The notes below the pieces were generated by a model, which saw only the letters and a list, made by a program, of their open reading frames with translations, did not search any database and was not told the DNA's origin. A program made the position numbers and the translations under genes. Positions 30,475-45,630 of a stretch of 64,000 nt of DNA are shown here, in pieces. Location of the stretch: the NCBI RefSeq assembly GCF_009914755.1, contig NC_060926.1. One strand, 5' to 3'. This stretch comes from the human T2T-CHM13v2.0 reference genome, Homo sapiens. Within the stretch, counting starts at the first letter, position 1, and each line of letters opens with the position of its first letter.

Positions 30475-30950
30475 CAGGAGTTTTCAAACTGGGCTCTGTG
30501 GACTTCCAAGAGGCCCATGAATTCAAGGGATCCAATAACTTGGATGGCTAAAAACACATTTTTATTTTCTTTTTTTCTCAATGGAAATTTAGCACTTTCT
30601 TCAATTATACTTGAGGGTGACAAACTATAGTAGTCCTAGCAGTACCTGTAACTTTGTCACCAACACAAATCAGATATTCTCATCAGACATTACAGTTGTC
30701 ATAGAATGCTTGAAATATTTATACTCTTCACCACTTCAAAATTACAGTAGATATTAGACCCACTGATAAATCTTATTTAATGCATTATTGCTATATTACT
30801 ATATCATAACTAAAAACTGACAATTGGATTTCAATAGAATTCATTTTCTTTGAAAAGCTGTAAATTTCATTTTATAGATTTTATAGTTTGAGAATAGGCT
30901 TCACTAGCCAGCCACAGGCATCCATGGCACAAACAGAGGTTAAGAACCTC
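30475..30950. mobile_element. hAT-Charlie non-autonomous element (Charlie4-like)
   Basis: Terminal caggagttttcaaact / aggttaagaacctctg. Confidence 0.6.
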
Positions 30951-32639
30951 TGTGTCTGTGCCCGTCATTTCATTCTGCCCTAATATGTTACTTGCTTTTT
31001 CTATGTTGCTTCTTTTATTTACTTTAAAGCTGCATAATACTAGTACTTTAAGTAATTCCCCTAGTACTAATAATCTTGTTTCCATTTTTCATTGATACGA
31101 ATGCTACATTAGGCATCTTAATGCATAATATTTTATTTTTCTTGCTTTGTATTTAGGATTATTACCTTGGTATAGAATCCGGGAAGAGGAATTAACTGGT
31201 CTAATGGAATACACATCATTATGGTTCTTGATTTATTCTATGAAGTTGCCTTCCAAAAGGGTTCTCTCAATTTAAAAATACTGTAAGTGATATAAGCAGG
31301 ACAGCTGCTAATGATTTTTCAAAGTACTTACAAAACTTCTATTGGATATTAATCATATGTCCTACAGGTTAGTCAAAGGATTGGGTAAAATTTTGGCTGA
31401 AAAGAAATAAGCAAATAACTTTTCCTAATCTAAAAATGCAGTATATGAATTAATTTCCAAATTGAGTAGAATTATTTTACTTTTTAACAGGGAACTAAGA
31501 ACAATGATATTGTGCTAGGGAAGACAAATTATTTTTAATGTGGATATGGCCATTTTGCTTGTTAAATGGGCAAAAATCATAAGACACTGATAGAAGTTCA
31601 TATATTTCAAAGCAACGAATAAGATAATCTCTACTGTGGTAAGAACTTCTAGTGTTTGATATTTTATATTCAAAGGAAACAAGCATGTATTTTTTAGAAG
31701 CTAAGTAATTAATAGCCGACAAGGATTACCAAAAAATTGTTTACCAAGGAAAGTGTTTTGCAAAAGCTGGAAGTCAAATATACGGGCTGACAAGTTTCTG
31801 CTTTTTTACTGACATAAATTCAGCAGGGACTTTTCAGGCAGGGGTGTGCTTCTCATTTGGATCATACCCCCCCTCCCTAGCCTTTTGGATCTCAGTAGCC
31901 AACCCTGTCTCCAGGCAGGGCTGCTTCCCCACATGTGGCATCCAGTATTCTCTTTCCACAGATGGGGATGTGTTAGATCGTTCTTTCAATACTATGGCTG
32001 TACATACAGCAACCTGTCAACCTGTGAGGTGGGCATCCACCTTAATGAAAACAAAGAAAAAGAGCTAAGACAGTGTCTTCTTCCTCTGTCCATATTCTAG
32101 GGAGGGCACCAGAGCTTCCCTCTTGCATGCCACTTAATGATATTCACTTAATATGTGCTAATTATGTTACTACTATGAAAGAATAGAGTGCCAGGGGCTG
32201 CAGGGGACATAACAGACGAGACACATTAACCAGTGGAAGGATAGAAAGACATCTCCACCATTTCATATAAAGGTGAGGAAGACCAAGAAGGCCCTTCCGC
32301 ATCTTTAAATGTGTCACTGAAAAAGTCAGGCTCATGAAACCTTAATATCCTGAAATGAAACCACAAGTGCAAATAATTACTATGAGGCAAGAAAACAAGT
32401 ACATAAAGAGGAATGTAAGTGCAGGTCACTGTTGCATGCCAGCATGTCATGAAACGATCATAGAGTCAAAATATAGGCAGGACCTGGAAATTTCTTTGAA
32501 CAAATGGTTACTTTTTATGGCTACCAATTTACTGAGTGTCTGTGGCATGACAGGCATTGAGCCAGGCAGCTTCCATGTATTAGTTCATTAATCCTTACAA
32601 CAATCCTAGGAGGTAGGTATTAGCACTCCCATTTCTGAA

Positions 32640-33008
32640 AAAAAATTATGCTTTAAGTTCTGGGATACACGTGCAGAACGTGCAGGTTTGTTACATAGGT
32701 ATACCTGTGCCATGGTGGTTTGCTGCACCTATCAACCCATCATCTACATTAGATATTTCTCCTAATGTCATCCCCCCCCATTGCCCCTACCCTCTGACAG
32801 GCCCCAGTGTGTGATGTTTCCCTCCCTGTGACCATGTGTGTGTTCTCGTTGTTGAACTCCCACTTATGAGTGAGAAGATGCGGTGTTTGGTTTTCTGTTC
32901 CTGTGTTAGTTTGCTGAGAATGATGGTTTCCACCTTCATCCATGTCCCTGCAAAGGATGTGAACTCATTCTTTTTTATGGCTGCATAGTATTCCATGGTG
33001 TATATGTG
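32640..33008 (-). mobile_element. Short L1PA8-like 3' fragment inserted in a MIR (~32510-33130)
   Basis: L1 3'UTR reverse complement. TSD-like gcactcccattt / gcacccccactt. Confidence 0.88.
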
Positions 33009-33435
33009 GCACCCCCACTTTACAGATGAAGAAACAGAAGCTCCATGAGCATGACTTAGTCAAGGTTATATGAGTTCAGTGAGAGGCAGAGCTAATCTGT
33101 CCGACTTCAAGCTCATGCTCATTCTACTATGCTATGGATGTAAAGTAGGTAAATGGCACTCGGGAATCATACCTTCATTAATATAGCTTTATATAAGGCC
33201 TCTCACAATTTGATTTAAAAAAAAAAACAGTTGTAAAATAGGGTAGGGAAAGAAACACACATTTCTGGGATGTCAGACTTCCAGAAGTGTCATCTAGTAA
33301 ATAAATCTCAAACAGCCTTCAAAAAGCATAAGCAGTAAGTGTAAGTTCACAAACCTTCATCCAGATGTAGTGAGTATATGTATAATGGTAGTAAGTTTGA
33401 TGGACAGCCCGAGTGAGACTCTGGCATTGAAAATA

Positions 33436-33580
33436 TTTGGTTGGTGCAAAAGTAATTGAGGTTTTTGCCATTACTTTTAATGGCAAAAATTACTATCTTT
33501 ACATAGTAGTAACATAATTAGTATGTTACTTAACATTACTTTTAATGGCAAAAACCATGATTACTTTTGCATTAACCTAA
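33436..33580. mobile_element. MADE1 (Hsmar1 MITE) with an internal duplication and insertion
   Basis: TIRs ggttggtgcaaaagtaattg / ttacttttgcattaacctaa with TA flanks. Confidence 0.9.
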
Positions 33581-34162
33581 TACTTTCTATCTGAATAACT
33601 CTGGGCCATTGTTTTCCCCTCTCTGGGTGTCACTTTCTAATATCCATCAGAATACTATTATAATCATTAAATAAGATAGTACATATAAAATATTTAGCAT
33701 GCTATAAAGCACACAATGCTCATTCAGTTACATGTTATTATTAGTATTGCTATTAAAATTATTTTTTGCATATAAGTCTAACAAACTTGGATCTACTTTT
33801 CTAGAATATAGGATATTAGGTGCTGCATAATGAAAGATGATGATAGCTGACCACTACAAGGTGTCGCTGTCATCTTTTGCAAAAAACAGAAAGAAGGGTA
33901 GCTAAAATAAGCATCACAGGAAAAGGAAGGAAAAAAAATCTGCGAGAACATCAATAACAGGCATTTCTGTTAAAATCTATGTTTTGTAAACCTCTTTTAC
34001 AATCATTTCATTTGATCCATACAACATATCCATACTCCCTACTGCTGTGAAGTAGAGAGGGCATTATTTCCACTTTACAGATTAGAAAAGAGGGGCTCAG
34101 AGAATTGAGTAACTTCTCTGGAATCACAGCTAGTTAAAAGAGCAAGGAGTATCAAAGAGTAG

Positions 34163-34684
34163 AGTTATGTTGTACAATATGGTAGCCACTAGCCTTATGC
34201 GGCTACTTAGAATTAATTGAAATGAAATACAATGAAATATTGACTTTCTCAGTAACATGAGGCACATTTCAAGTGCTAAAAAGTCACATGCTGTTACATG
34301 CTGTTAGTCATAGCCATGCTGGACAACACAGATTATAGACCATTTCCATTATCGCACAATTTTTTTTTTTTTTTTTTTGACAGAATCTCGCTCTGTTACC
34401 CAGGCTGGAGTGCAGTGGTGCGAACTCGGCTCACTGCAACCTCCACCTCCTAGGGTTTGAGCGATTCTCCTGCCTCAGCCTCCTGAGTAGCTGGGACTAC
34501 AGGCGCCCGCCACCATGCCCAGCTAATTTTTGTATTTTTAGTAAAGACAGGGTTTCACCACATTGGCCAGGCTGGTCTTGAACTCCTGACCTTGTGATCC
34601 ATCCGCCTCAGCCTTCCAAAGTGCTGGGATTACAGGCGTGAGCCACCATGCCTGGCCCACACAATGTTTTATTAGACAGTGCTG
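34163..34684 (-). mobile_element. MER3 DNA transposon interrupted by an Alu
   Basis: caatatggtagccactagcc, cacatttcaagtgct, catttccattatcgca...tattagacagtgctg. Confidence 0.75.
34360..34657 (-). mobile_element. AluS (Sg/Sc-like)
   Basis: Poly-T followed by a reverse Alu. TSD-like c(g/a)cacaat. Confidence 0.95.
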
Positions 34685-34785
34685 GTCTATAGAAATGAGA
34701 GCACCAATCCATTACTGCATAATATTATGCCCTGTGTTCACAACAGGGAACCTGAGCCTCAAGGAAAGAGTCAGGGAAGAGGAAC

Positions 34786-35391
<606 letters not shown>

Positions 35392-38300
35392 CTATTTGAT
35401 CATCCACCTGTGTCAGAAAAATATGTCATGTAAGAGAATTCTTCCTGAAGCAAGTAAGTAGAGTGTCATAAAAATGTAAGTAATAACCTTTGTTGAAATC
35501 TCAAGGGCATTTATGGTTATACATTTACAGAATTATTCAATGTACATACAAAATCCTTTTATATTCCAATATCTTTTTAAGGAAGGAAAGTTGTATATAA
35601 ATGTAATAAAAAGAGATAAATACTAGTTAAAATAAATTCGAATGAGGGTGAAAAAAGTTTTTAATAGTGATATAAGCTTTAACAACAAGTAATTTAAGGC
35701 TTTGCTTTTTGGAGTGGTTTTTAATGTATCCTCAGTAAATCCTAAGTTAACAGACACTCAGTAAATCACAAATCAGCCTCAACTTTTGGTTCACTTTTCT
35801 TAGACCAACACTAAAAAATAGCTTTCAAAAGTGAAGAAACTGACAGTAAATGTTCAGCATTATTTGAAAGCAATATAAAATGCTGTAAAGTTTCAGAAGT
35901 TAGTTCCCAGAGGATGACAAACATTTAACTACTAAGAATCTTCAGCCTTACCTGGAGGGATGCTACTGTCAAATTCAAGGTGCATGGGTAAAGATGGAGG
36001 CAGTTCTATTTTTTTAAGTTGACCTTGAAAGTCATAATGATATATGTGTATTTCATGAAAATATGAGCTTTAGAATAATGGTCTGTTCTCTTTAGACAGA
36101 TGGGACTCATTTATGTTCTACATGACTATACCCCAGAACTTCAGACTTAAGATGTTATAAATATTGTTAATCTATTATTTTATGAAGGATATGAAATTTT
36201 GGCCTCTCGGATTTAGATAGATGTATGCCAAATTTATGAGGGTGCTTTTCTATAAATGACAGATGCTGCCAAAGCAGAAAACTATTTTTCTTCCATTCAA
36301 CATCACAAGGTCCTGTTACTAGAGGCAGATAAGGGTGAGGAGGCAGCTAAGAAGACCTTGCTGGCTAACTGATGGAGTCCTGTGGCAGTCAACAGAAATG
36401 AGAAATTGTCAATTGGAAAACTTGGCCCCATTTGTAACAACACATAAAAACTATGAAGTACACAGGGGAACCCATAAAAATGATGAGGCGAGGGTCTCCA
36501 TTTGTATCTATGGTGGAAAAACCTTAGACAAAATTGAAAATGCACTTTCATATGGCAACAGGGTGACCACAAAAAGCTAAACTGCTGCTTTTGAGGCAAA
36601 TCATACTGATATACTCATTGATAACGACTCTGGGTTTACACCTGAAGAACTGCCACCATGCAAAAGCACAATATACTGAAAACTAAAATGAGCTGCTTCA
36701 AGGTGTCTTATCTTCTTTCTCTTCTTCTCATGTCTTTTCTAACACTGTTACCTCACGGTCTCCATAGGGCATGGGTGTGGGATAAATAAAACTATCTCCC
36801 TGCCCTCAGTGGAAATATTTTAGGTAAAATGATTCAAAATGCATTGAAAATGGGGAGCGTGTTCAAGAGAGCTCAAGAGTACCCCTTTGGAGGCAGGGCA
36901 TGCCTTCTAACATGCTGCAATGCCCTGTCTCAGTGTTAGCCTCTATTTCAGTGAGTACATTTGGCTCTAGACATGTAAAGTCTGTAACTGTCAAGCAGGA
37001 ACTTTGAGAATATTTATCATTTGCCATTTACCTAAAATGAGTGCTGTTATTCAAATTTGTTCTTGAAGAAATTTGTAACTTCTAAAACTTTTCTTCTACT
37101 ACACTGAAACACTACAGATAATGTCCCGCATAGAAATTAAGGATTATCAATGAAACAAAGCCTTGATGGTCCCTTCACTGCCACAGCTTATACCAAAACG
37201 GTCAGCAAGAAATTTAAAAGTCATATATGGTCCTACTCATCAATTATTTAGAAAATGGTTAGTGGTTTCTTCCTTTGCCCATTGGAATACGTGCATTTAC
37301 TCCTCCAAGTCACAGAAGTTTAGAAGTAATTGGAATAATGAAACAAGCGTGAAACAAGAAACCCCAAGTTTCCATCCTGACTCTACTGGGATTTGAGTTG
37401 TGCAACCTGACATAAACCACCTAACCTTCCCATAACCCAGGTTCTTCATTGTTACTATAGTTTTGGGAGCAGCTTGAAGGTGATGACTACATATTATTTC
37501 TCTTTAAATCCGATATATCCAACAATGACAATAAAAAACATCACTAGGTTGAAAGTTTTTGAGGGCGACAAATGTCCTTCTGTTCACTGTTGCACCCATA
37601 TGTACTATGCTATTTAGTATAGATAATCAATATTTGTTGAGTGAATAAATGGATATCAAGTTCGTTGCATGAATGAACAAACAATGGATACTAATTTCAG
37701 CCCTATCCATCAAAGGGTTAAGAAAGTCAAGTGAAAACATATATGTAACTGCGTCTTGTAAGCTGAACAAATTTAAGGTGTTTCTATTGTTATATTTCAA
37801 CAGAAGATGCTGGCTCAATTATCTTTGCTCTTAATTGCATTTATAAATACATCTGTGGCATTTCGAATCATTCTATATGCATTCATCTGTTTAGACAGCA
37901 ACTGATTAAAGGCTGTTTAGCTCTAAGTAGCTTTACATACTTTAAACTAGAAATGTCATTTCCTCATATTGATATCTAATTAATTTTTTTAAAAAATCCA
38001 ATGCGAAAGCCCAGACATATGGACTATTAGGTTGACTCTCATAACATTTTATTATTTTTAAGAAACAGGATTTTTCTGGAGGCTCTGTATTTTTTTAACC
38101 TGGTGTGAGTTGTTAAATGCTGTCACAAGAGAGCCTTCAATTTGATGTATTGGGCATATTATCACAGGGAAGTGTATTGTCATATGGCATTATGACACTT
38201 GAACTCCAGGGGGAAATTTGGGTAGAGTGTCTGGCCAATATGTTCTAGCCATCTTCCTGAAGCTGCCTAATGCTTGCTGTGTTTTGACCCCAATTCTCCC

Positions 38301-38832
38301 AAAGCATATTTTTCCTCCCTCCCATTATGTTTCCAACTTCCTCTGATGCATCATTAAAAGTTGGGACAGATCCTGGGAGACTATAAAGCCATTTATTTGG
38401 ATTTTACATGTAACTCTACCTCAACTTCCAAAAAGTGAATGGACAGCTATTTTGCATAACTGAAGAATAGCTTTAATGAAATATATCTAATTTTTTGAAT
38501 CATGTAGTTAGAACTTCTTATGATAAATGCAATTCATGCTATTATAGTTTAAACCCATTTTGTTTACTGACCTGAAAGAAAAAAAAGAAAGCTTGCCATG
38601 ATATCCCGAAATTTTTATACACAATAGCTCCATTATAACAAATCTCTTTGCATTGTACAGATCTGGATACAACATGAACCAAATTATGTCTCCAAAAGTA
38701 ACATAAAAGAGAAAAATGGTTGTGCCAAGTGCCAAAATAGCAGGTAAGAGGGCTTCCTTAGCTCTTGGAAGCCTTTTAGATTACTTCTTAGAATAAATAA
38801 TGTGTGCTCTCGAGGAGCAGAAAGAGTTCACC

Positions 38833-39139
38833 AGCTGGGCACAGTAGCACATACCTGTAATCCCAGCATTTTAGGAGGCCGTGGCAGGCGGATCACTTGA
38901 GGTCAGGAGTTGAAGACCAGCCTGGCCAAGATGGTGAAACCCCAACTCTACTAAAAATACAAAAATTAGCCTGGCTTAGTGGTGGGCACCTGTAATCCCA
39001 GCTCCTCGGAGGCTGAGGCATGAGAATTGCTTGAATGTGGGAGGTAGAGTTTGCAGTGAGCCAAGATGACACCACTACACTCCAGCCTGGGCAACAGAGC
39101 GAGACTCTGTCTCAAAAAAATAAATAAATAAATAAAAAA
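38833..39139 (+). mobile_element. AluS with (TAAA)n tail
   Basis: Dimer. TSD-like aaagagttcacc / aaaaagttcatc. Confidence 0.95.
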
Positions 39140-42100
39140 GTTCATCTGTGGGTCACAAGTTTCTTGTTGAATACCCTGAAATCACACCTTGCCTTAAAGG
39201 ATGTTCCCAGAATGCTGCTCTCCCAGAAGCTCCCTCTGTTAACTCCTGGCTATTCCCTCTCTTTCAAAATGTAAACAAAACTCTGCTGCTCAGCTACTGA
39301 TGCTAAAACGCGAGAATGGAAATGGAATTAGTCAAGCCTATGGATGTTGTGAGTGCCTGCATAGTTGAAATCTGGCAGCTGAAACATCACGTGAGTAACA
39401 TTTTCACTTTTCATTTAAATATCTGAGAATCACAGATACTACTTAAGCCCACTTGACAGGAACTCTTCATTCAGAAGAAAAAGACCAATGCTGGGGAATT
39501 TCAGTCCCATGAGATTTGCAAGTGAGCCATGAATTTTCACTGTGACTTTTACTCTAATTTTTGTCTGACTCCTTAAAGCAACATTGTCTGAAATAAAACA
39601 TTTCAGTCAATTATCACAGTCACCATTCCTCTTCCCACCTTCTTTCTCCTTACATTTTACCTAGACCTTTTGTGAAGCACTGATTTTTGTGTCTTGTGTT
39701 TTTCTAAAACAGGATTTTAAATGAAATGAAAGCCAGATATCAACAAAAATCTATGACTCTGACAAAGCTGTGGGAGCTTTTCAAGAATTTAGAAACAGGC
39801 AATTAACAATACATTAGGTATTACGTTGTTTGGACCAGATTTCCCATCTGGGCAAAGCTTTTAATTTTCCAACTTGAAAATTCCATAAAACTCATGTGGG
39901 AATTCTTGCTTAGAAGCTGACATATGGTTGATGGTGACAAAAGAACATGTATCTATTTAGCAAATGCACTCCTTTTTTTTTTTTAAGTGCCATCTTTCAA
40001 TGACTTTGGTGTAGCTTTTATAAGTATAATAGAACAAATACAATATTTTGTTAGTATTAATACTTATACCAAACACAGAGAAACAAAAAGTAATGGCCCA
40101 GCAAATGAGTTACCAAATAATTTATACAGATTTTGAGTAAGGAAACATGAAAAATGAGATAACCTCCAAATATAGGTGGTTTCTATTACTTCTAGTCCAA
40201 ATCTGTAGTCACAAAGTGAGTGACATCAATACTGTTAGACTACAGGTACTAGGAGGTGGGTAAAAGAGTGGCAGAGGAAGCAGAGAATGCAGGAAGAAAG
40301 ACCACCACATAGGTACTGAAGAAGAGATGCTGTGGTTGAGATTTGTTTTCCTCTCTCCTGGGTTTTAGATCTTAATTCTCGTTCCTTGTTCACACCACTG
40401 GTATGCTTTATCCTGGTGTTTTCCAAATGCTCTGTAGGCAAACACAACTGCTTAGAAAGTGTCTTTGTTTTACTGAGCACCCGCTAACATTTGAGTATTG
40501 GAATGAAAGCCTTGAATCCTTAAACTTTATTTCAAAATATACTCATTGAAATTGGTCATCTCATAGGTATAAGGCATGCTGTAACTATAATCCGGGCCCC
40601 TTTATTTCGATTTTCTATTTCCGTATTGCTCTTTGCTTGGTTTTATCTCCTCATCTTTGACTTTTTTTTTTCTATTTTTTTCTCTTCTTCCACACCTTTC
40701 CTTCTCCCTTTAATTATCTGCTTTTTTAAAAAATGGATTCTTCTCTGATTGTTCCATCTCTATTTCTGATTTTGACACTATTTTCTGCTTATTACTTTTA
40801 CTATTATCCCTACAGCCAACCCAATTTTCAAATAATAATATAACTTAAGTGGAACACTGAGTTCACTCAGTAGCAACGTTGTAACATGTATGGTACCTAC
40901 CAACTGTTCTATTAGCTGAAAGAATAGAGTGGCACTAACCTCCATTGTTTTATCATTTTACTTATATGTTTTGCTGGAAGGTAAAGAGCATAATTTAGAT
41001 AACAAAACCTTTTGCAGAGTATTATTCCATAAAGGCAGTGATATCCTGCATTAAACGAAACCAGGCAAGAAGTCAGCAGGCTCCTGCTCTTCCAAACATT
41101 GGGTAGCCTCCAGCAAATAACTGCCACATTGTGTACCTCACCAGTTTGCAATTTTGAAAAATAGAGATAATATTTGATATTATACCTGATAGATATTGAT
41201 TAAAGACTAATTAGATAATATATGTCAGAAGGTTTTGTTCTTTACAGAGGGAGACATACTATGTAATAATCTGGCATTTATGACTATATCTGTTCATCAG
41301 ATAACATGATTTAGTGATCCTATTGTACAAAGAACAAAAAGTCTTTATTACCAAATTTAGCTTAGCTCAATCCTTCTACGCTGAAGAGCTTTTGGAGCCA
41401 GCATCTACAGGGCCTAATCAATAATGGTCCCTTTTTCCATAGTCTCTTTGTTTGAACAGATTTTCTGAACCTTCCTCTTACAGTAATGGATTTGATCATC
41501 TCCAAAAGCCACGGGAAAGCAGTCTTAAGTCTCCTTCAAAAATTCTCCAATGATTTGAGAAGTAGAAAAGAATCAGAAATGTGTGTGTTTCCCACAAGAG
41601 GGAGGCCCCTAAAGAGAACATCAAACATAAGAAAAAGGGACATATTCTCTCAGTCTCCTTTAACAGACACTGTTCCTCAAAGAGTCACTGAAACAAGATG
41701 ACATATCCGTCATGGGCCCAGAGGGGCAGATGTGAGAATTGTGGAAGCCTATTAAACATCCAATTTCATGGTATCCATGCTACAAAAATGAATTTTTTTT
41801 CTCTTTCCACTGAATGAACCTACTCAGAAATTCTGCCGATTCACTGGGACTATGAAATATAGACTCTTCTTCAGAGGCATTTCACCTAGTAATCCATTTC
41901 CATTTATATATAAAGGTCTTCTGTTAATCAGTTTGTAACGTTGGAAATCATTCCCTTAAAATATGTAAGTCCATTTGTAACTCTGAGGGGAACTCTGAAG
42001 ATCTTCAAAAAGCATCATCTTTTATTACTAAGCACATTTCCAGATTCATTTAGTAATGCTACTCTCTCAGAAAGTTCCCCCCTTTGGCTCCTCAACTCCT

Positions 42101-42546
42101 TTTTACTACAGTAAGAGAACATAAAAATATCTATTAGTAAACAAGTTTAAGGAGTCCTTCAATAAAAAAGTCTATAGTAAAAAACACACATAAAATAAAT
42201 AGAAAGAAGTAATAAGCTCAGTATTTTAGATCCATTTCCTGATTTTAGTCTGAACACATTGTGATCAAGTAGTCTCTACTTGTTTTCATGCATATATACT
42301 TATATATATATATATTTACATATACACATATATACTTAAACGTATATATTTAATAACATGGAATGGAAACATATCAAATGCTTAGATTCTGTGCAAACAT
42401 ATAATCCTTCCCGTGAAGAAAACATATTAATATCACAAAAACAAATCATGGAGAGTAACATGCAACAACTGAGGGCAGGAAAACGGGGTCAGGGCAGGGG
42501 AACAGGAGAAACACAAAGAATGTAAAGAACAAAAAGTGTCATTGAC

Positions 42547-42709
42547 CTGATTTGTCAGAGTTGTTGCCTGTGATTGGAGTGATGGAGCAGCTGGGATTAG
42601 CCTTTGCGCTGTCCTTGGAAGGAACCATTTTGGGTTTATTTTTCGTTGCGTCTAGTGCTTTGACCTTCTTGGCATGTTTACTTCCTTTGTAGTGGGCCTC
42701 GGCCTGGCT
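42547..42709 (-). CDS. ZNF385B: ZNF385B coding exon (163 bp): SQAEAHYKGSKHAKKVKALDATKNKPKMVPSKDSAKANPSCSITPITGNNSDKS, C-terminal half of zinc finger 2
   Basis: Hand translation of the minus strand. Acceptor ctcctttgtag|AGC and donor CAG|gtcaat. The phase-1 end joins the exon at 5862 (G+AA=Glu). Contains the HxxGxxH matrin-type finger motif. Not listed in the ORF track. Confidence 0.95.
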
Positions 42710-45439
42710 CTACAAAGGAGAACAAATCAGGCTCATTTTTTTGCTAATTACAAACACCACAGTGGATGATCATGCAGGAGAAAAATACATTCTATCATAG
42801 GCACCACAGACATTTACAACTCAGTACCTGACTATGTTTTTGGCACTTCATGAAATGGTAGACCAGTTCCTAAGAGGGTGTAGCATATCAAAACCTCCTA
42901 TACAATACAAAGGACCTGCATCTTTAAAAAACCAGACATTATATGAGTGGACAAAAGGATTAGGGCAAAACTGTGACACAGGTGAGCTTTGTCATCAGTG
43001 CCCTCCCACCAGTGCCCATTGGGGCTACTTTTCAAACATTGGCTGGCAGCAGGGGCTTTGAGTGTCCTACCCATGCCTGTGGGTATGACCTTCCACAGTC
43101 ATTTCCCTTCAACTAAAATCCTGTTTGCCACGTGTCTACTTTCTTCTGGGCTCTGCTCTGAGACCAACTGGTGTGATAAAACATGTTAATAGGTGCTACT
43201 GAGTGAAAATGACACTGAATTTTTTGGTAAGCTCTACATGCACTTCATGTACCATTTTGATGATTCCAGTTACAAGAACAGATAATGTAAGCCACAAAGG
43301 AGGTAGGAAAAAACCCTTGTTTCTGATCTCAGATGTGATTCTGAAGCCTAAGTTGTTAGTGTTAAATTCATTTATACACAAAGCATATGTAGAACTCTAA
43401 CTTCAGTACTAGATCAAAAGGAAAAAGAAAGAGCAAGACAAAACACAAAAACAAATTACAACAAGCCTTGAAAACATTTAATCAACTTACTGACATTTGG
43501 AAAATTTTCCTCTGCCTAAACAACAAGGCTTTTCTCTTATTGGCATCTAGTATTAATATATACATTAACAAAATAATCTAAATATATTCACTTGAATTGA
43601 ATTTTGAAAAGACTCTGAAAAAACATAAACATGTATTTAGTGAAAAGAAACAAAACTAAACATAAATGGTATATTAGCTTAGTTATAAAGTGAAATGGAT
43701 GACAAATCTTATGCAAAGCAAGATGAACTTTTGTTAGAGGATTTCTAAAGAAATAATAACTTTAAAAACCATCAGTTTTCTTTATATACTTGTATGTGTT
43801 TGAAGAGGATTAAATGAACCTTTCCACTCATTCTCCTCAACAAGCAGAATACAGGTGATAAGTGTGTGTGTAGGTTGGTAGTTGGAAGCGATAGTTGGAC
43901 AGACAGAATGGGTCTCTGTCTTTAGGGTCCAATGAGGTTTCACACATACATGAGGTAAGAAGTTCAATGGAGAGCTATCCATATACAAGGGTAAGCTAAA
44001 ACAGCGAAAGATGCATGCTATGGGAGATACAGGACAACAAAAAAATGGACCAGAGGGGAGTGGTATTAATGAAGACTTCCTAAATGGGTAACTTTTGATT
44101 TGAGATTTGAGGAAAGGGATGCATATACACTAGTAGCAAAGAGTACGTTTCTAGTTGGAGGATGCAGGCCTAAGGAAAGTACTGACGCTAGAGTGCCGGA
44201 ACAGTGAGGGCTATAGCTGGAGAAGTGCTTACATAGGCCTCTTGGTGGAACATCATCAACATGAGGTTAAGGAAACTAGATGTGTAGTTATGTAGAGAAG
44301 GTCACCACTGAGGTGAGATTCTCAAGCAGAGGCCTGATGATACACACAAATTCCAAATGGGGAAGACTTCTGCAACAGCTATTTATTACATGTTTGTTGG
44401 ATTGAATATGAGAGAAAAGAGATGACACAGAAAGGAAGGCAGCAGAAAGAATATATGATTCTTCTGGTAAGATCATTAGTGGAGAGTATGACTATAATAA
44501 AGTCCCTTTTATAATAATATCATTGATTGCTTGAAGCCTTGGTTATTATCAATCCTCCTTCTGCCCTTTGCTTAAGTGGAACCATTTCACTACTAACTAC
44601 TAGAGACAAAGCACTCTTTTAACATGCCATGATTAGATTAAGCCATCTAAGGTTGATTATTGTGTGTTGTTGAAGTGTTTCTTCTGACTTTCCTGCTTGT
44701 TTCACTCCAGCTTACCAGGACATGTTGCTTTGCTATCTTCAGACATCCAGCCATAGCTAGTTCAGCAGAACTGGTGATGGTGAGCACCACTTCAATGCCA
44801 GCATTACTTCCAGATCTTGGTGGGTGATAGGCCTACTTTATCCTAAGCTTATAAATGATGATGATGAATTTATTCATGCCAAATATTATAGATGATATAG
44901 TCACAAGTGTTAAGGGTCATGCAGTGAGTTAAACATCATATCTATATATTTGCTCTCCCATTTAAATGGAAGCTTGGTGATAGATTCATGCCACAGTCTG
45001 TTTTTCAGTGTACCTTGATTCTGCTGTGTTATTTCTTGTAGGGCGGGAGGTGGCTGGGGAAAAAAATATTGCTTTGGTAGTAGTGTAATCTAAGGATAGG
45101 TTTTGGACATATTAGTGATTTCCCTAGCATATAACCCAGGTCACCCAAGGTCTATAGCCTTTTACTGACTATACATGGTCCCTAACTTCCTGAATATCTT
45201 TTCATACATATCTTTTTAGATCTTCATTGACTTGGCATTGCTCTTACTTGGTTTGCTCAAGGACTTCTCATGTTGTTCTCTGTCAAGTTGGAAAAAAAAA
45301 TAATCACGTGGGGAGAAAAGTGTAACATTATTTTAGGGCCTTTATTTATTACCAACCAAGAATGTTTGAATCCAACTAATATAGTTTGGTAGTTATACAT
45401 TAAGAAAATATGCAAATAAAAATTAAAAATTGATAATGT

Positions 45440-45630
45440 AGTATAATAATATAATAATGATTAATATTACTGAGCTTACTCTTTCAGGCACAATTCTAAA
45501 TGCATTACATATTTTAGATCATTTAATCCTTATAATATCCTATGAAATAGGCATTATTGGCCAGCACTTTACAAACGGGAAACTGGGAATAGAGAAGTTA
45601 AATAACTTATAAAAAGCCACACAGGTGGGT
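45440..45630 (-). mobile_element. MIR
   Basis: catttaatccttataatatccctatga...tttacaaacgggaaactg. Confidence 0.65.

Noticed and set aside
36303-36599. Overlapping 98- and 81-aa ORFs in apparently unique sequence
   Set aside because: No recognisable homology or clear splice structure. A tblastn or conservation check would be needed.
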